The notes: generated from the letters alone by a model not told the origin. A stretch of 64,000 nt of DNA from Candidatus Babeliales bacterium (GCA_963743635.1 CAVUQO010000002.1:224001-288000), one strand, 5' to 3'. Positions 44,475 to 56,273 are shown, counted from the first letter of the stretch. Program-made: numbers and translations.

Positions 44475-45647
44475 GTGAAAAGGTTGTCATTGCCCGTACA
44501 ACTTCTATTGGTTATAGCTGGTGTATTATTGTTTGGTTCTTATGCGAGCGAGATGGTGGTGCGTACCTGCTTTACCTTTAGTACGGTCTTTAAGGATCTT
44601 TTGGGGCTGTTGCTTCCATGGATATTATTTACGTTTGTGGCAACCGGTATTCTCTCATTTAAAAAGAATGCACCGTTAGTGCTTGCGATTATGGTTGCAA
44701 TGATTTTTATATCCAATGGATTGGCTGCATTGCTTACGTTCTTTGTTGCGCAGCAAGTCATTCCCTTCATGGGAAGTGCATTTGGCGCTGATTGTTGTGC
44801 ACAGAATGCATTGCCTTCATTAAAACCCTACGTTTCGTTGCAATTGCCGATTCCTGATAATGCAGGGATTATGGCATTGCTTGCTGCGTTGGGTGTGGGC
44901 ATGTTCTTATCGTTTGTATCTATTCCTGAAGTTGAGCGCATGCTTACAATCGTAAAAAGAATGGTCGAATATGTGCTCATGCGTGTCTTTATTCCATTCT
45001 TGCCGCTGTATGTACTGGGGTTTCTGCTTGAAGTGAAATATAAGGGAGTATTTTTAAGTTTGTTTGAGCAGTATGGCAGTGCGGTAGTGGTGATTGTAAC
45101 CCTGCAGATTGCATATCTTGCATGGCTGTATTTCGTTGCGACCGGTTTTTCATTCAGCAAAGCGAAGGAAGCAATTGCAAATGCATTGCCGAGTTATTTG
45201 ACTGCTTTTAGCACGATGTCCAGCACTGCAACCATTCCCGTTAGCGTTGTCTGTGCTGAAAAAAATACCGGAAACCGTCCATTGGCTGATGTGGCGATGC
45301 CAATTATGGCAAACGTACATTTGCTGGGCGATGGGATTAGTACTCCGATGTTAGCATTGGTGACGATGTCTATATTCTTATGCGGCATGCCCAGTTTTAT
45401 TCAGTATGCGACGTTTGTGATCTACTTTTGCATGTCAATGTTTGCTGCATCAGGTGTTCCGGGCGGGGGTATTTTGGTGATGATGCCAATTTTAAAATCG
45501 CAGCTCGGATTTACTCCTGAAATGCAAAGCATGATTCTTACTATTTACATGCTCATGGATTCATTTGGTACTGCATCAAATGTGATGGGCGATGGTGCGT
45601 TAGTGATGATGCTCAATAGTGTTCTTAAAAAATTCAAGATTCAATAA
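44475..45647 (+). CDS. Dicarboxylate/amino acid:cation symporter (DAACS)
   Basis: [29 protein letters not shown]. Confidence 0.9.
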   Translation: MKRLSLPVQLLLVIAGVLLFGSYASEMVVRTCFTFSTVFKDLLGLLLPWILFTFVATGILSFKKNAPLVLAIMVAMIFISNGLAALLTFFVAQQVIPFMGSAFGADCCAQNALPSLKPYVSLQLPIPDNAGIMALLAALGVGMFLSFVSIPEVERMLTIVKRMVEYVLMRVFIPFLPLYVLGFLLEVKYKGVFLSLFEQYGSAVVVIVTLQIAYLAWLYFVATGFSFSKAKEAIANALPSYLTAFSTMSSTATIPVSVVCAEKNTGNRPLADVAMPIMANVHLLGDGISTPMLALVTMSIFLCGMPSFIQYATFVIYFCMSMFAASGVPGGGILVMMPILKSQLGFTPEMQSMILTIYMLMDSFGTASNVMGDGALVMMLNSVLKKFKIQ

Positions 45648-46257
45648 CGTAGCATTGCTTGCAACGTGCTTGATACGATTCTTCTGCGCCAATCATAATG
45701 ATCGGGTCGCTGTAGCGCGCTGGTTTTCCATTGATAATGCGCTGTGAGCGGTAGGCGTCCGTTCCGCAAATCGTACAAATTGCTTGAAGTTTGGTGACCG
45801 TATCGGCGAGTGCAAGGATTGCGCCCATTGGTCCAAACGGTTACGATAATCAAGATCAAGGCCGGCAATAATAACGCGTTTGCCTTGTGCAATGAGTGTG
45901 CGAATAACCGGAATGATCTCGTTAGAAAAGAATTGTACTTCATCGATTGCGATAACATCGTAGTGATTAGCAGCAACCAAATCAAGAAGGTCTTGCGGAG
46001 AGCTTATAGGTCGAGCGTCATAAGTCGTGCCGTTGTGCGAAGTTATGGTGTTACTCGCAGCGCGTGTATCGAGCATTGGTTTTACCACTAATAGATTGAT
46101 GTGCGATATCTGCACGAATAAGACGACGAATCAGTTCTTCCGATTTGCCGGCAAACATAGGCCCACAAATCACCTCGAGTTTTGCCTGAAATGAATGGAT
46201 GAGATGCGTGGCAACGAATGAGCTGCTTACGATAAGGCTCAATAATAATTTTTTCAT
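45634..46257 (-). CDS. tdk: Thymidine kinase with N-terminal signal peptide (frameshifted in assembly)
   Basis: [52 protein letters not shown]. Confidence 0.85.
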
Positions 46258-46264
46258 GGCATAT

Positions 46265-47615
46265 CTATTCGGTAAAGAGTGATAATAATTCATAAACGTT
46301 CGTAAAATATTTGATAGCACATGAAGTTTTATCAATTTTTTGGTTTTTGGCAACAAGAATTTGCTTGATGCCAAATTTTTCTGCTTCACAAATGCAATTG
46401 ATTTGATTAATAGGTTTAATTTGTCCGGTTAGACTAATTTCCCCTAAAGCGAGTGATTTTTCTGGCAATGGTTGTTGAAAATAACTGGAAAGCAGTGCAA
46501 GGGCAATGCCCAAATCGGTGGCACTTCCTTTAATTTTAAATCCGCCACTTACTTTAAAGAAAATATCTTGTGAGCTTAATTTAATATGTAGATATTTTTC
46601 TAAAATTGCCGCAATGAGCACAACCTGTTTATGATCAAGGCCGGAAACAACGCGTTGCGGAATGCCAAGTTTTGATTCGATGGTGAGTGCTTGCAATTCA
46701 ATAAGTAGCGGGCGCGATCCTTCAATCACGCTGACTAAGACCGATCCCGGATGCATGCGAAAGTTCACTTATAAAGTTGTTCGTTAATATTGGGTACTTC
46801 TTCAAGCCCTTCTTCTCCCATTTCAAAAAAACCAAGTTCATTAATCGTACCAAAACGATTTTTTACCGAGCGTAAAACACGCGTTTGCCAACGATCTTCG
46901 CCTTGCAGATAAAAGACGGCATCGACCATATGTTCTAATGTTTTAGGGCCCGCAATAGTGCCTTCTTTGGTAATATGTCCGCTCACAATTACGGTGATAT
47001 TGTGTTCTTTTGCCAAACGCATGAGATGAAAGCTGATTCACGCAGTTGGCCAACACTTCCCGGGAAATGTAGTTGCTGAGCTCGCGGTGTAGCAATTTTG
47101 AATCGAATCGATGATCACAATATCCGGCTTTTTGCTTGCGCAGGTTGCAATAATTGTCTTCTAAATCTGCTTGATCAGAAAAAAGAAGATTGTCATTGAT
47201 ACATTCCAAGCGCTCAGCACGTTGTTTTACTTGTTGCAAAGATTCTTCGGTGGAAAAATAAAAAACACGATATGTTTTTCGCAAGGCGATTGCAAATTTG
47301 CAGTAGCAAAGTTGATTTACCAATGCCAGGGTCACCGGTTAAAATGAGTAGTGAGCTGGGCATAATGCCGCCGCCCACCACGCGATCCCATTCATCAATG
47401 CCGGAAAACATACGCGTCTTTTTGTGCGTGGGAGCATCATCGAGATTGCATCATAGTTACGCGTGCAGCCGTTATTTTGGCACCCGAGGGAATTGGGAGC
47501 AGTGGTTTACTTCAGTGAGTGAATTCCATTCATTGCATTCAGGGCAACAGCCCATCCATTTGAGCGTTTGATAGTTGCAGTTGGAACAGGTGAAAGTGAT
47601 TTTTTGTTTACTCAT
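46265..47615 (-). CDS. radA: DNA repair protein RadA/Sms (frameshifted in assembly)
   Basis: N-terminal Zn finger, GDPGIGKSTLL, GHITKEG.IAGPK.LEHMVD, KNRFG, Lon-like C-terminus. Confidence 0.92.
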
Positions 47616-48192
47616 GGATTTGAAACTCGGGGTGTTTATCAATACTATAACAATTTCTACAGCGTGCTTGGTATGCTTCTTGCGTGCCGATCATAATAAT
47701 AGGATCTTGATATTGGGCAGGTTTGCCATTCACTAACCGTTGAGTATAGTGCGCATCTTGGCCACATGCAGGCAGATTGCACGTAATTTGGTAATTTCAT
47801 CGGCAATAGCAAGCAAGATGGGCATGGGACCAAAAGGTTCGCCACGAAAATTAAGATCAAGCCCAGCCACAATAATGCGTTTTCCTTTATTGATGAGTTC
47901 GCAGATCGTATGAATGATTGTGCGCGGAAAAAATTGGATTTCATCAATGCCCATTACTTCAATATGATGCCATGCAAGTTCAAAAATGATCTGTTCATTA
48001 TCTACCGCATGAGCATCAATTTTACTGCCATCGTGGGAATAAACGTATTCGACTAGCGGTTCGACTATCGAACTGTGTTTAAAGGCAACAACTTGTTTTT
48101 GCAATTTTTGCACGCCGCAATCTGCGAATGAGTTCTTCTGATTTGCCAGAAAACATGGGGCCGCAAATAACCTCTAAACGTCCATGATCCAT
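47612..48192 (-). CDS. tdk: Thymidine kinase, cytoplasmic (frameshifted in assembly)
   Basis: [45 protein letters not shown]. Confidence 0.88.
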
Positions 48193-48289
48193 TGAATATA
48201 CTCCTGGTATGACCTTACTATGAGATGACGATATAATCTAGTATACTGTGGGGGGTTAAAAAGTGAAAATGATCATTGGAGATTGCACT

Positions 48290-48757
<468 letters not shown>

Positions 48758-48914
48758 CGGGGAGGCAGTAAAAATCCTATAATGGGCAAAAGGGCGTGAT
48801 ATTGGGATGATTTAGAGGCCGCAGAGAAGAATGGTCTGCTCAAGAGGTCTATTTGGAAGGGAAATTAGTTAAAACAGCCGTTTTGGCTGTTTTAAGGGCC
48901 CCTTTAGTTTCTAC

Positions 48915-48943
48915 TTGAAATAATATTAAAGTTCTGTTATAAT
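48915..48943 (+). promoter_or_regulatory. Sigma70 promoter of the RBR ligase gene
   Basis: TTGAAA-N17-TATAAT with extended -10 TG. Confidence 0.65.
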
Positions 48944-49005
48944 GGTATCTAGGAAGAGAAAAAAGTGATTTTTACTCTTATTATTAACCAAAAAAGGGAG
49001 ATATC

Positions 49006-50301
49006 ATGAAATTTATAACACAATTAGTATTAGTATCAATGGTCCTTACTGGCCAATCGATATCCGCTATGAGCGCAAAAGCACTGGCGGCTTATAGAGA
49101 GCGTGAAATGGCAGGAAGAACAGAGCAAGCCTCTGCAGCTTCAAGCAGCTCATCATCGTCCTCATCAGCGAGCAGTCAATCATCAGAAGGGGAAGCGCGT
49201 AGACCTAAAGGAAAACGAGCTTTAACGCGTCAAGAATTGACACAGATGGAACAACAAGAAAAAGCAGCCATAGAGGCACTAAAATTGGCAGAAAAAGCAG
49301 CGTATGAAGCAGAGGATAAAGCAAGAGAAGAAGCAAAAAAACTCGAAGCATTAGCTGCAGAATTGGCACAAGAAGAGTGGAATTTGGAAAGGCAAGCTGC
49401 AGAGAAACTTGCAAAGCAAGATGAAGAATTAGCGAAACAATTGCAAAAACAAGCAAGTATTGAAGCAAAAGAAGAAGAATTGAATACTCTTAAACAGCAG
49501 CAGCAGATTGCAGAAAAAGATGCGCTGTTAGCGAAGCAATTGGCAGAGCAGGTAGAGGCAGAAGCGCAAGAGCTTAAGCAGCGAATTGCCGAAGATGAAG
49601 AACTAGCGAGAAAATTAGCTGAAGAAAGTGGCCCTTCTGGTCAGTCGAGTGCGAGTAGTTCTTCACAAGCGGCCGAGCTCCAGCAGTGCGGCATTTGTAT
49701 GGAAGACGTTGAGCCGCAGAATATGGTAAATCTTGCATGTCAGCATGCCTATTGCCGTGGATGTTTGACTCAGCTTGTTGAAACCGGTCTTAAGGAAAAA
49801 AATATTGAAGGTATTAAGTGCCCAACGTCTGAATGTAATGCTCCAATGACCCGGGCAGATATTTTTGATATTACGCAAAATCCTGCAAAAGTTGAGGAAT
49901 ATAATGCTATCGCTACCGAGACAGCCCTACCTAAGCTGCAAGGTATCAGGCAGTGTCCTACGGCGAACTGTCCATACCAATTTTTAAATGAAGCAGATGA
50001 GACTCAGGAAACGCGGTGTCCTATGTGCACAAAGCGCTATTGCGCAAACTGCTTAAAAGAGCACAGTGCTCGCATGTCGTGCGAACAAGCGGCAGCTGAC
50101 GCGGCAATGACCTCAGATGATCGGGAGCGGGCAACGGAAGAATGGAAAAAAACACACACAAAGCCATGTCCGAAATGTAACGTTTCAATTGAGAAAGATG
50201 CAGGATGTAATCATATGAGATGCATAACTCCTAGCTGCAGCCACCAGTTTTGTTGGGTGTGTAAACAGCCATGGAACGCAGACCATTACCGCTGTCAGTG
50301 A
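49006..50301 (+). CDS. Secreted RBR (RING1-IBR-RING2) E3 ubiquitin ligase-like effector
   Basis: Signal peptide; CGIC..ACQHAYCRGC..CPTSEC; CPTANC..CPMC..YCANC..H..C; CPKC..IEKDAGCNHMRC..C.HQFCWVC. Confidence 0.92.
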   Translation: MKFITQLVLVSMVLTGQSISAMSAKALAAYREREMAGRTEQASAASSSSSSSSSASSQSSEGEARRPKGKRALTRQELTQMEQQEKAAIEALKLAEKAAYEAEDKAREEAKKLEALAAELAQEEWNLERQAAEKLAKQDEELAKQLQKQASIEAKEEELNTLKQQQQIAEKDALLAKQLAEQVEAEAQELKQRIAEDEELARKLAEESGPSGQSSASSSSQAAELQQCGICMEDVEPQNMVNLACQHAYCRGCLTQLVETGLKEKNIEGIKCPTSECNAPMTRADIFDITQNPAKVEEYNAIATETALPKLQGIRQCPTANCPYQFLNEADETQETRCPMCTKRYCANCLKEHSARMSCEQAAADAAMTSDDRERATEEWKKTHTKPCPKCNVSIEKDAGCNHMRCITPSCSHQFCWVCKQPWNADHYRCQ

Positions 50302-50482
50302 CCGTTATAATTATAGGTATAAATCTGTGCCCCCTTGTTTCTGACTAGAAAATAAGGGGGCTACTATTTCTAGATGGGCAGCAAAAATCCTAAAAAAGTG
50401 TATACTGATAAGGATTTTGATAAATACCTATGCCTGGCCTGATACCTAAAAAGCCATGGCTTTCAGTGATGTGGAATGATTT

Positions 50483-51228
50483 ATGAAAAAAATAATACAA
50501 AAACCAGCATTGGTGACCTTAAATACTTATCTTGCTCATGCGGGCGTTTGTTCTCGTCGAAAAGCGGCTGAATTGGTTGAATCGGGCGTCGTGCGCGTCA
50601 ACCAGCAGGTTGTGGCTGATCCCGGCTATCGGGTAAAACCAGATGATATCGTGGAAGTCTCGGGAAGAAACATTACTCCTGAAGATCACGTCTATGTTTT
50701 GCTTAATAAGCCAAAAGATTATGTAACGACCGTTTCAGATGAGCGTGGCCGTAAAACAGTCATGGACTTAGTTCGCGGTGCTGGGCACGTTCGGCTGTAT
50801 CCCATTGGGCGCCTTGATCGGATTACAACCGGATTATTGCTCATGACCAATGATGGTGCATTTGCAGAAAAATTGGCCCATCCTCGCTATGAAGTAGAAA
50901 AAGTATACACGGTGACGCTTGATAAGAGCGTGAGCTCTGGTGATATACAGACGATTATGCGTGGAATTCAGCTTGAAGATGGATTGATTAAGGTGGATGA
51001 TATAGCGTATACGGGGACCACCAAAAGAGAGGTTACCTTAGCGCTTCACAGCGGAAAATATCGGGTTGTGCGTAGAATATTTGAACAACTTGGGTATGAT
51101 GTGCGTAAGCTTGACCGTATAGAATATGCAGGGTTAACCAAAAAAGAGTACCGGTTGGTATGTGGCGTTACCTGACGGATGGCGAAGTTGCCGCACTAAA
51201 AAGAATGAAAAATGAGGAAAAGGAATAA
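50483..51228 (+). CDS. rluB: 23S rRNA pseudouridine synthase (RluB/RsuA family; frameshift near the end)
   Basis: S4 domain GVCSRRKA, GRLD.ITTGLLLMTNDG. Confidence 0.9.
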
Positions 51229-51230
51229 TC

Positions 51231-52015
51231 ATGGATTATGGAACGATTGTTCGTATTGGTATTTTGGTCGCAATGGGCGTAGTTGGCATTTCTGCCATGA
51301 AACGCGTCTTAACCAGAGCTCTCGAGCGATGGTACAATGATCCAGTTCGCATACCGATTATGGTACGATTGTTGACCTATTTAGCGGTATTTATTGTCGG
51401 TGCCTCAATTATGCAAGAATTGGGCATTAATATTACTGCATTGTTGGGTGCTGCAGGGATCTTGGGTGTGGCCATTGGTTTTGCCGCACAAGCGAGCGTC
51501 AGTAATATCATCAGTGGTATATTTATCCTGATCGAACGTCCGTTCTCAATAGATGATGAAATTCAAATTGATGAGTTCAGTGGAAAAGTGGTAGACATCA
51601 ATCTATTTTCTATCGGATTGCTGACTCCCGATCATCGTTCTATTCGTATTCCGCACGAAAAATTATTGAAAAACGTTATCATCAATAAAACTCATCGCGC
51701 AAAGCGCCGTTACGAAGTCACTATTGCATTAGCATCGTATGAAGATCTTGATCGTGCACGTGCAGTGTTTGTGGATGCTATGCGTAATGAATCGTATTGC
51801 CTAATCTCACCTGAGCCAATTGTGTGGGTGGATACAATCAATGGCGATGTAACGCAATTGATCGTTGGTGTTTGGGTTGATAGCAGCAAATTGGTTGAAG
51901 CAAAACACCGTCTTGTTGGCGCGTTATATCCCGCGTGTAAAAAAGAAAATATACATCTCATCAACCATCTACGATGTCGATACAAGTCACGCAGAAGTAA
52001 TTTCAACAATGATGT
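51231..52015 (+). CDS. mscS: Small-conductance mechanosensitive channel (end approximate)
   Basis: LGAAGILGVAIGFAAQ..VSNIISG..ILIERPF. Confidence 0.88.
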
Positions 52016-52100
52016 GAGTTTTTGTAGGCAACGTCTGGATCTTATGATACGCTCCTTGCATAAATTATGTAAAAATTATCTATGCGTAGCAGGTATTCGT

Positions 52101-53433
52101 ATGTCAAATGCTCATCTCGTCATTGAACAATCGTGGGGTCTTTCAGGAGAATTGGAATTGGTTGGCGCAAAAAATGCGGTGCTGGTCATTATGGCAGCAT
52201 TAATTTTGACGCGCGGCAAGTCAGTTCTAAAAAATGTTCCGGCATCATCTGATGTCGATCAAATGATTTTAGTGCTCGAAGAATTGGGCGCTCAGGTTAC
52301 GTTCTGTCGCAAAGAACATCGTCTTGAAGTTGATACAACGTTCCATCTCAAAATACAGCGTCAGTCCTGAAATCATGCGCAAGATGCGGGCATCCATTTT
52401 AGTAATGGGGCCGTTACTTGCACGCTTTGGTAAAGCAGATATTGCATTGCCGGGCGGTTGCGTCATTGGCGCGCGTCCCGTTGATTATCACATCAAAAAT
52501 TTTGAACAAATGGGCGTCATGGTTGAAATGCATGGTGACTACTTAAAAGCAGTAGCGCCAGTTTTGCAGGCAACCACGTTAGTGCTCGATTATCCAAGCG
52601 TTGGTGCAACTGAAAATATTATGATGGCTGCAGCGCTGACGCCGGGCGTAACGCGCATTATTAATGCCGCATTAGAGCCGGAAGTGTTGGATTGCATTGA
52701 AGTGCTGCGTAAAATGGGTGCAGATATTGCGATTTTACCGCCAGCAACGCTTGAAATTAGAGGCGTGAGCTCGCTAAAACCCATTGAGCATGCGATTGTC
52801 TATGATCGTTTAGAAGCGGGCGCATTATTGCTAGCTGCGGCGATTACGGGCGGAAATATTTCATTGCCACAAGCGCCAGCATACACGATGGATATTGTGA
52901 TTAAGAAATTACGAGATATGGGGCATATTCTGAACGTGGGTGCAGATGGGGTCGGAATTACCTTACACGCAACGCAAACGCCGCGCGCCGTATCATTCAA
53001 GACTGGTCCATATCCGAGCTTTCCGACCGATTTACAAGCGCCTATGATGGCAGCGCAATGTATTGCCAATGGCACGAGTATGGTCGAAGAGACGGTTTTT
53101 GAAAATCGTTTGGTGCATGTGCGTGAATTGCAAAAAATGGGTGCGCAGATTACCGTTGAGCACAATAAAGCAACGGTAATGGGTGTTGAGGAATTGTATG
53201 GAACGCAGATCATTGCAACCGATATTCGCTCTTCATGCGCATTAGTTCTTGCGGGATTAGTGGCAAAAGGAGCAACGCATATGACCGGCATTCATCATTG
53301 GCAACGAGGTTATGAAATGCTTGAGCGTAAACTTGCTCATTTGGGTGCGCGTATTGCGCTTAAAGAATTCGAGCCAGCTCGCGTTGAGTTTGACGAAACT
53401 CTTGATAAGAAATGGCACGAAGTACAATCGTAG
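52101..53433 (+). CDS. murA: UDP-N-acetylglucosamine 1-carboxyvinyltransferase (frameshift near 52350)
   Basis: GAKNA, MRAS, LPGGCVIGARP, SVGATEN, FPTDLQ, FENR. Confidence 0.95.
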
Positions 53434-53564
53434 TTCGATGCGCTTCGCTACTCACCATGAACGGATTATTCTGAGTTTGACGAAGGAGCCATCACGACTG
53501 CGGCTATGTCAGACGTAGCTCCAGAAAGAAAGGAGCGAAGAGTGAATAAACGAAGTCGGAAGGG
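53434..53564. repeat. REP-like element between convergent murA and atpG
   Basis: TTCGATGCGCTTCGCTACT matches the reverse complement of 682-700 with one mismatch; ends GGG-TTA at the atpG stop. Confidence 0.65.
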
Positions 53565-54413
53565 TTAGAACCCACCCGTGAGTTCGGTAAGTTCTTTGGT
53601 AATTTTTGCCTGACGCACTTTATTGTAGTGCAATTTATTCACTTCAAGTAAATTCTCAGCGCTGCGTGTTGAATTATCCATGGATAAAAAGCGCGCAGCT
53701 TGTTCTGCAAGTAATGAATGAAAGAGGAGCATATGTACCGTTGCTTGTAAGCATTGGCGCGTAATGTCATCAAGTAGTTCGCTCGGAGATTCTTCCCATC
53801 GATATTCAATTCTTTCCAGCGTGCTGTGATCTCGGGTGCCCGGATCGAATGGAATGAGGCGCGTTATGTGCGGTTGTTGTACGAAAAAACTTCTAAATTT
53901 ATTACTGACGACGGTCACGTGCGTATAGGGTACTGGCATAGAGATCAGGTCTTGCACGATCGCTTCTGCAGTCAGTGCAATGGTGCTCATGGTCAGCGGA
54001 GAATAGATTTTAATGATTTTGCCAAAAGGCATGTCCTGTGTGTAATCAACCGTTTTTTTACCGACTATCATGACATCAGGCGTTTTGGTATAAGTACGAA
54101 GAGTGGCGCGCAGGAATTGAAAGAGCATAGTATTAAAGCTACCGCAAAGACCTTTTTCTGATCCCATGATGATGATAAGAGGTCGAGACTCCAGGTCTGC
54201 TTTTGGATTGAAATAGGGATGGTGCCAAACAGGAACTTCTTTTTTAATCATATGAAAGAGGGTATTGAGCGTTGTGGTGTACTGAGAAAGTGCAACTTCT
54301 TTATTTTTAAGGCGTGCATGGGTCGAGATAGAGATAAGTCGCATCGCGTGAGTAATTTTCTTAATTGTCTCGATCGCTTTTATTCGCTGTTTGAGCTGAG
54401 TCAATTGAGCCAT
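53565..54413 (-). CDS. atpG: ATP synthase F1 gamma subunit
   Basis: KKITHAMRLIS, KGLCGSFN, EQAARF.SMD, YNKVRQAKITKELTE. Confidence 0.95.
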   Translation of the reverse strand: MAQLTQLKQRIKAIETIKKITHAMRLISISTHARLKNKEVALSQYTTTLNTLFHMIKKEVPVWHHPYFNPKADLESRPLIIIMGSEKGLCGSFNTMLFQFLRATLRTYTKTPDVMIVGKKTVDYTQDMPFGKIIKIYSPLTMSTIALTAEAIVQDLISMPVPYTHVTVVSNKFRSFFVQQPHITRLIPFDPGTRDHSTLERIEYRWEESPSELLDDITRQCLQATVHMLLFHSLLAEQAARFLSMDNSTRSAENLLEVNKLHYNKVRQAKITKELTELTGGF

Positions 54414-54504
54414 ATATGCGCCTTATATAAAATTATGGTAGGATACGTACCTTAATTACATATGGTATCGCTAACAAACTGTTTTTTCAATGGTGAGGGT
54501 ATGT

Positions 54505-55086
54505 ATGATTTTAATAATCGATGGTTATAATATTTTAAAGCGCCAGCATGTGGTCCGTTTTGTGGATGAGGCGGTACGCAAGCGATTCATACAAGGAGTT
54601 GCTGCATACGCGCGTCATAGTGGTAATAAAGTTCTCGTGGTGTTTGATGGTGGCCCGCAGGACGATGCTTATGAAGAATATGGGCGTGGCGTGCAGGTTG
54701 TCTATTCGGGTACGCGAGAAACGGCTGACGATTATATTAAACGCTATGTGAAAAGGCATAGTAATAAAGATCTTATGCTCGTGACCTCTGATCGCGAACT
54801 GAATAGTATTGCAGATCGTTATGCAGTTCCTTCGCTTGATGCGCATGAATTTGTGCGGGTTTTGATGTATAGTGAGCATGAGCGTTCGACGGGAAGTTCT
54901 TCAAAACATGCGCCAATTATAAAAATGAGCACTGAAGAAATACCAGAATTGGATGAATTGATGGAGCAAGCGAGTAAAGCCGTACCACAAAAAACTGATG
55001 ATCTGATGTTGAAAAATCGAAAAAGCGCCGCGCAAAAAATGTCAAAAAAAGAGCGCGAGTTGCTTAAAAAAGTAAAAAAATTATAG
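54505..55086 (+). CDS. NYN/YacP-like RNase domain protein
   Basis: IIDGYN, VVFDG, ETADDYI, VTSDREL. Confidence 0.88.
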   Translation: MILIIDGYNILKRQHVVRFVDEAVRKRFIQGVAAYARHSGNKVLVVFDGGPQDDAYEEYGRGVQVVYSGTRETADDYIKRYVKRHSNKDLMLVTSDRELNSIADRYAVPSLDAHEFVRVLMYSEHERSTGSSSKHAPIIKMSTEEIPELDELMEQASKAVPQKTDDLMLKNRKSAAQKMSKKERELLKKVKKL

Positions 55087-55092
55087 GGGCTT

Positions 55093-55524
55093 ATGGCAAA
55101 CCACCAATTAATATATACACTTGATCAGCTTGATAATGCGGTTAAACTGGTCAAAGAGCGGATGAATTCATGTCAGGTTGTGACTTTTACGGGGAATTTG
55201 GGTGCGGGAAAAACGACTCTCATCCGAGCCCTCTTACGAGATTTAGGGGTTTCGCAACCCATTACAAGTCCAACCTTTACGTATATGAATCGGTATAAGA
55301 CGGCGGATGGCAAGATTATCTACCATTTTGATTTATACCGTTTAAACAGCCTGGATGAGTTTATAGAGCAGGGATTTCATGAATACCTGTACCAACCTGA
55401 AAGTTGGTGCCTGGTTGAGTGGCCGGCGATTATTATGCCTCTTTTGACCCATGATGTATGCCATATAACCCTCGATTATGAGAACGACGCTCGCTGTATG
55501 CGCTGGAAAATGAATAAGGAATAA
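55093..55524 (+). CDS. tsaE: tRNA t6A biosynthesis ATPase TsaE
   Basis: GNLGAGKTT, TSPTF, YHFDLYRL, VEW. Confidence 0.95.
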   Translation: MANHQLIYTLDQLDNAVKLVKERMNSCQVVTFTGNLGAGKTTLIRALLRDLGVSQPITSPTFTYMNRYKTADGKIIYHFDLYRLNSLDEFIEQGFHEYLYQPESWCLVEWPAIIMPLLTHDVCHITLDYENDARCMRWKMNKE

Positions 55525-55528
55525 CAAT

Positions 55529-55738
55529 ATGCAAGATGATGGAAGTCCGTTGCTCCAAAGGCCAGATTATTTGGTTTGCACCTGTATGGGGGTCATGTAC
55601 TCGGATATCTGTGATGCCATAAAAGGTGGCGTACAGACATTTGATGAACTTTATGATACGTTAGGTGTGGGGACTGGGTGTTCAAGTTGTGTGAGCGAAG
55701 TGCATGAAATATTGGCAGAACAACTTAAAAAAAAATAA
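55529..55738 (+). CDS. BFD-like (2Fe-2S) ferredoxin
   Basis: VCTCMGV...GVGTGCSSC. Confidence 0.85.
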   Translation: MQDDGSPLLQRPDYLVCTCMGVMYSDICDAIKGGVQTFDELYDTLGVGTGCSSCVSEVHEILAEQLKKK

Positions 55739-55898
55739 TTTAAAAAACGCGATTATACACACTAGATCGACCTTTTGGTGTGTTTTGGGGTGAAAAAGAG
55801 GTGATAAACTCTTATTTTTTTGTAAAATTAAGTTGAAATCTCCTGAGAAAAACACTATCATATTCACGGTAATCGTGATTATAACAATATTTGAAATA

Positions 55899-55983
55899 GG
55901 CGAGATTCCCGAGCGGTCAAAGGGGACGGACTGTAAATCCGTTGGTTCTGCCTTCGCAGGTTCGAATCCTGCTCTCGCCACCA
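55899..55983 (+). tRNA. tRNA-Tyr(GTA)
   Basis: CT-GTA-AA, variable arm, CCA. Confidence 0.95.
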
Positions 55984-55989
55984 TAGGTT

Positions 55990-56065
55990 GCGGGAATAGC
56001 TCAATTGGTAGAGTGGCAGCCTTCCAAGCTGTAGGTTGCGGGTTCGAGTCCCGTTTCCCGCTCCA
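55990..56065 (+). tRNA. tRNA-Gly(TCC)
   Basis: GCGGGAATAGCTCAAT..CT-TCC-AA..CCA. Confidence 0.95.
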
Positions 56066-56123
56066 TTCATTTTTCAATCCTCGTTAGCTGAGAGCTTTCT
56101 TTGCAGCGGATAAAAATGAATGG
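56063..56123 (+). repeat. tRNA-3'-associated element, family A, copy 4 (61 bp)
   Basis: CCATTCATTTTT...AAAAATGAATGG. Confidence 0.9.
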
Positions 56124-56197
56124 CTGGCCATTTTCGTCAAGGCTTACGAATGGTAAGTATGGGCGTAGATTGGTAGGAATCAAAAAAAATATACATT

Positions 56198-56273
56198 GCT
56201 GGCGTAGCTCAGTTGGTAGAGCAACTGATTTGTAATCAGTAGGTCGCGGGTTCAAATCCTGCCGCCAGCTCCA
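56198..56273 (+). tRNA. tRNA-Thr(TGT)
   Basis: TT-TGT-AA, CCA. Confidence 0.95.

Noticed and set aside
45634..48192. radA and tdk as pseudogenes (likewise gmk, murA, rluB and the methyltransferase)
   Set aside because: Same indel pattern, so real decay cannot be claimed without reads.
51231..52370. MscS-MurA fusion ORF of 379 aa
   Set aside because: MurA has its own start at 52101 and continues in another frame; the fusion is most simply an indel artefact.
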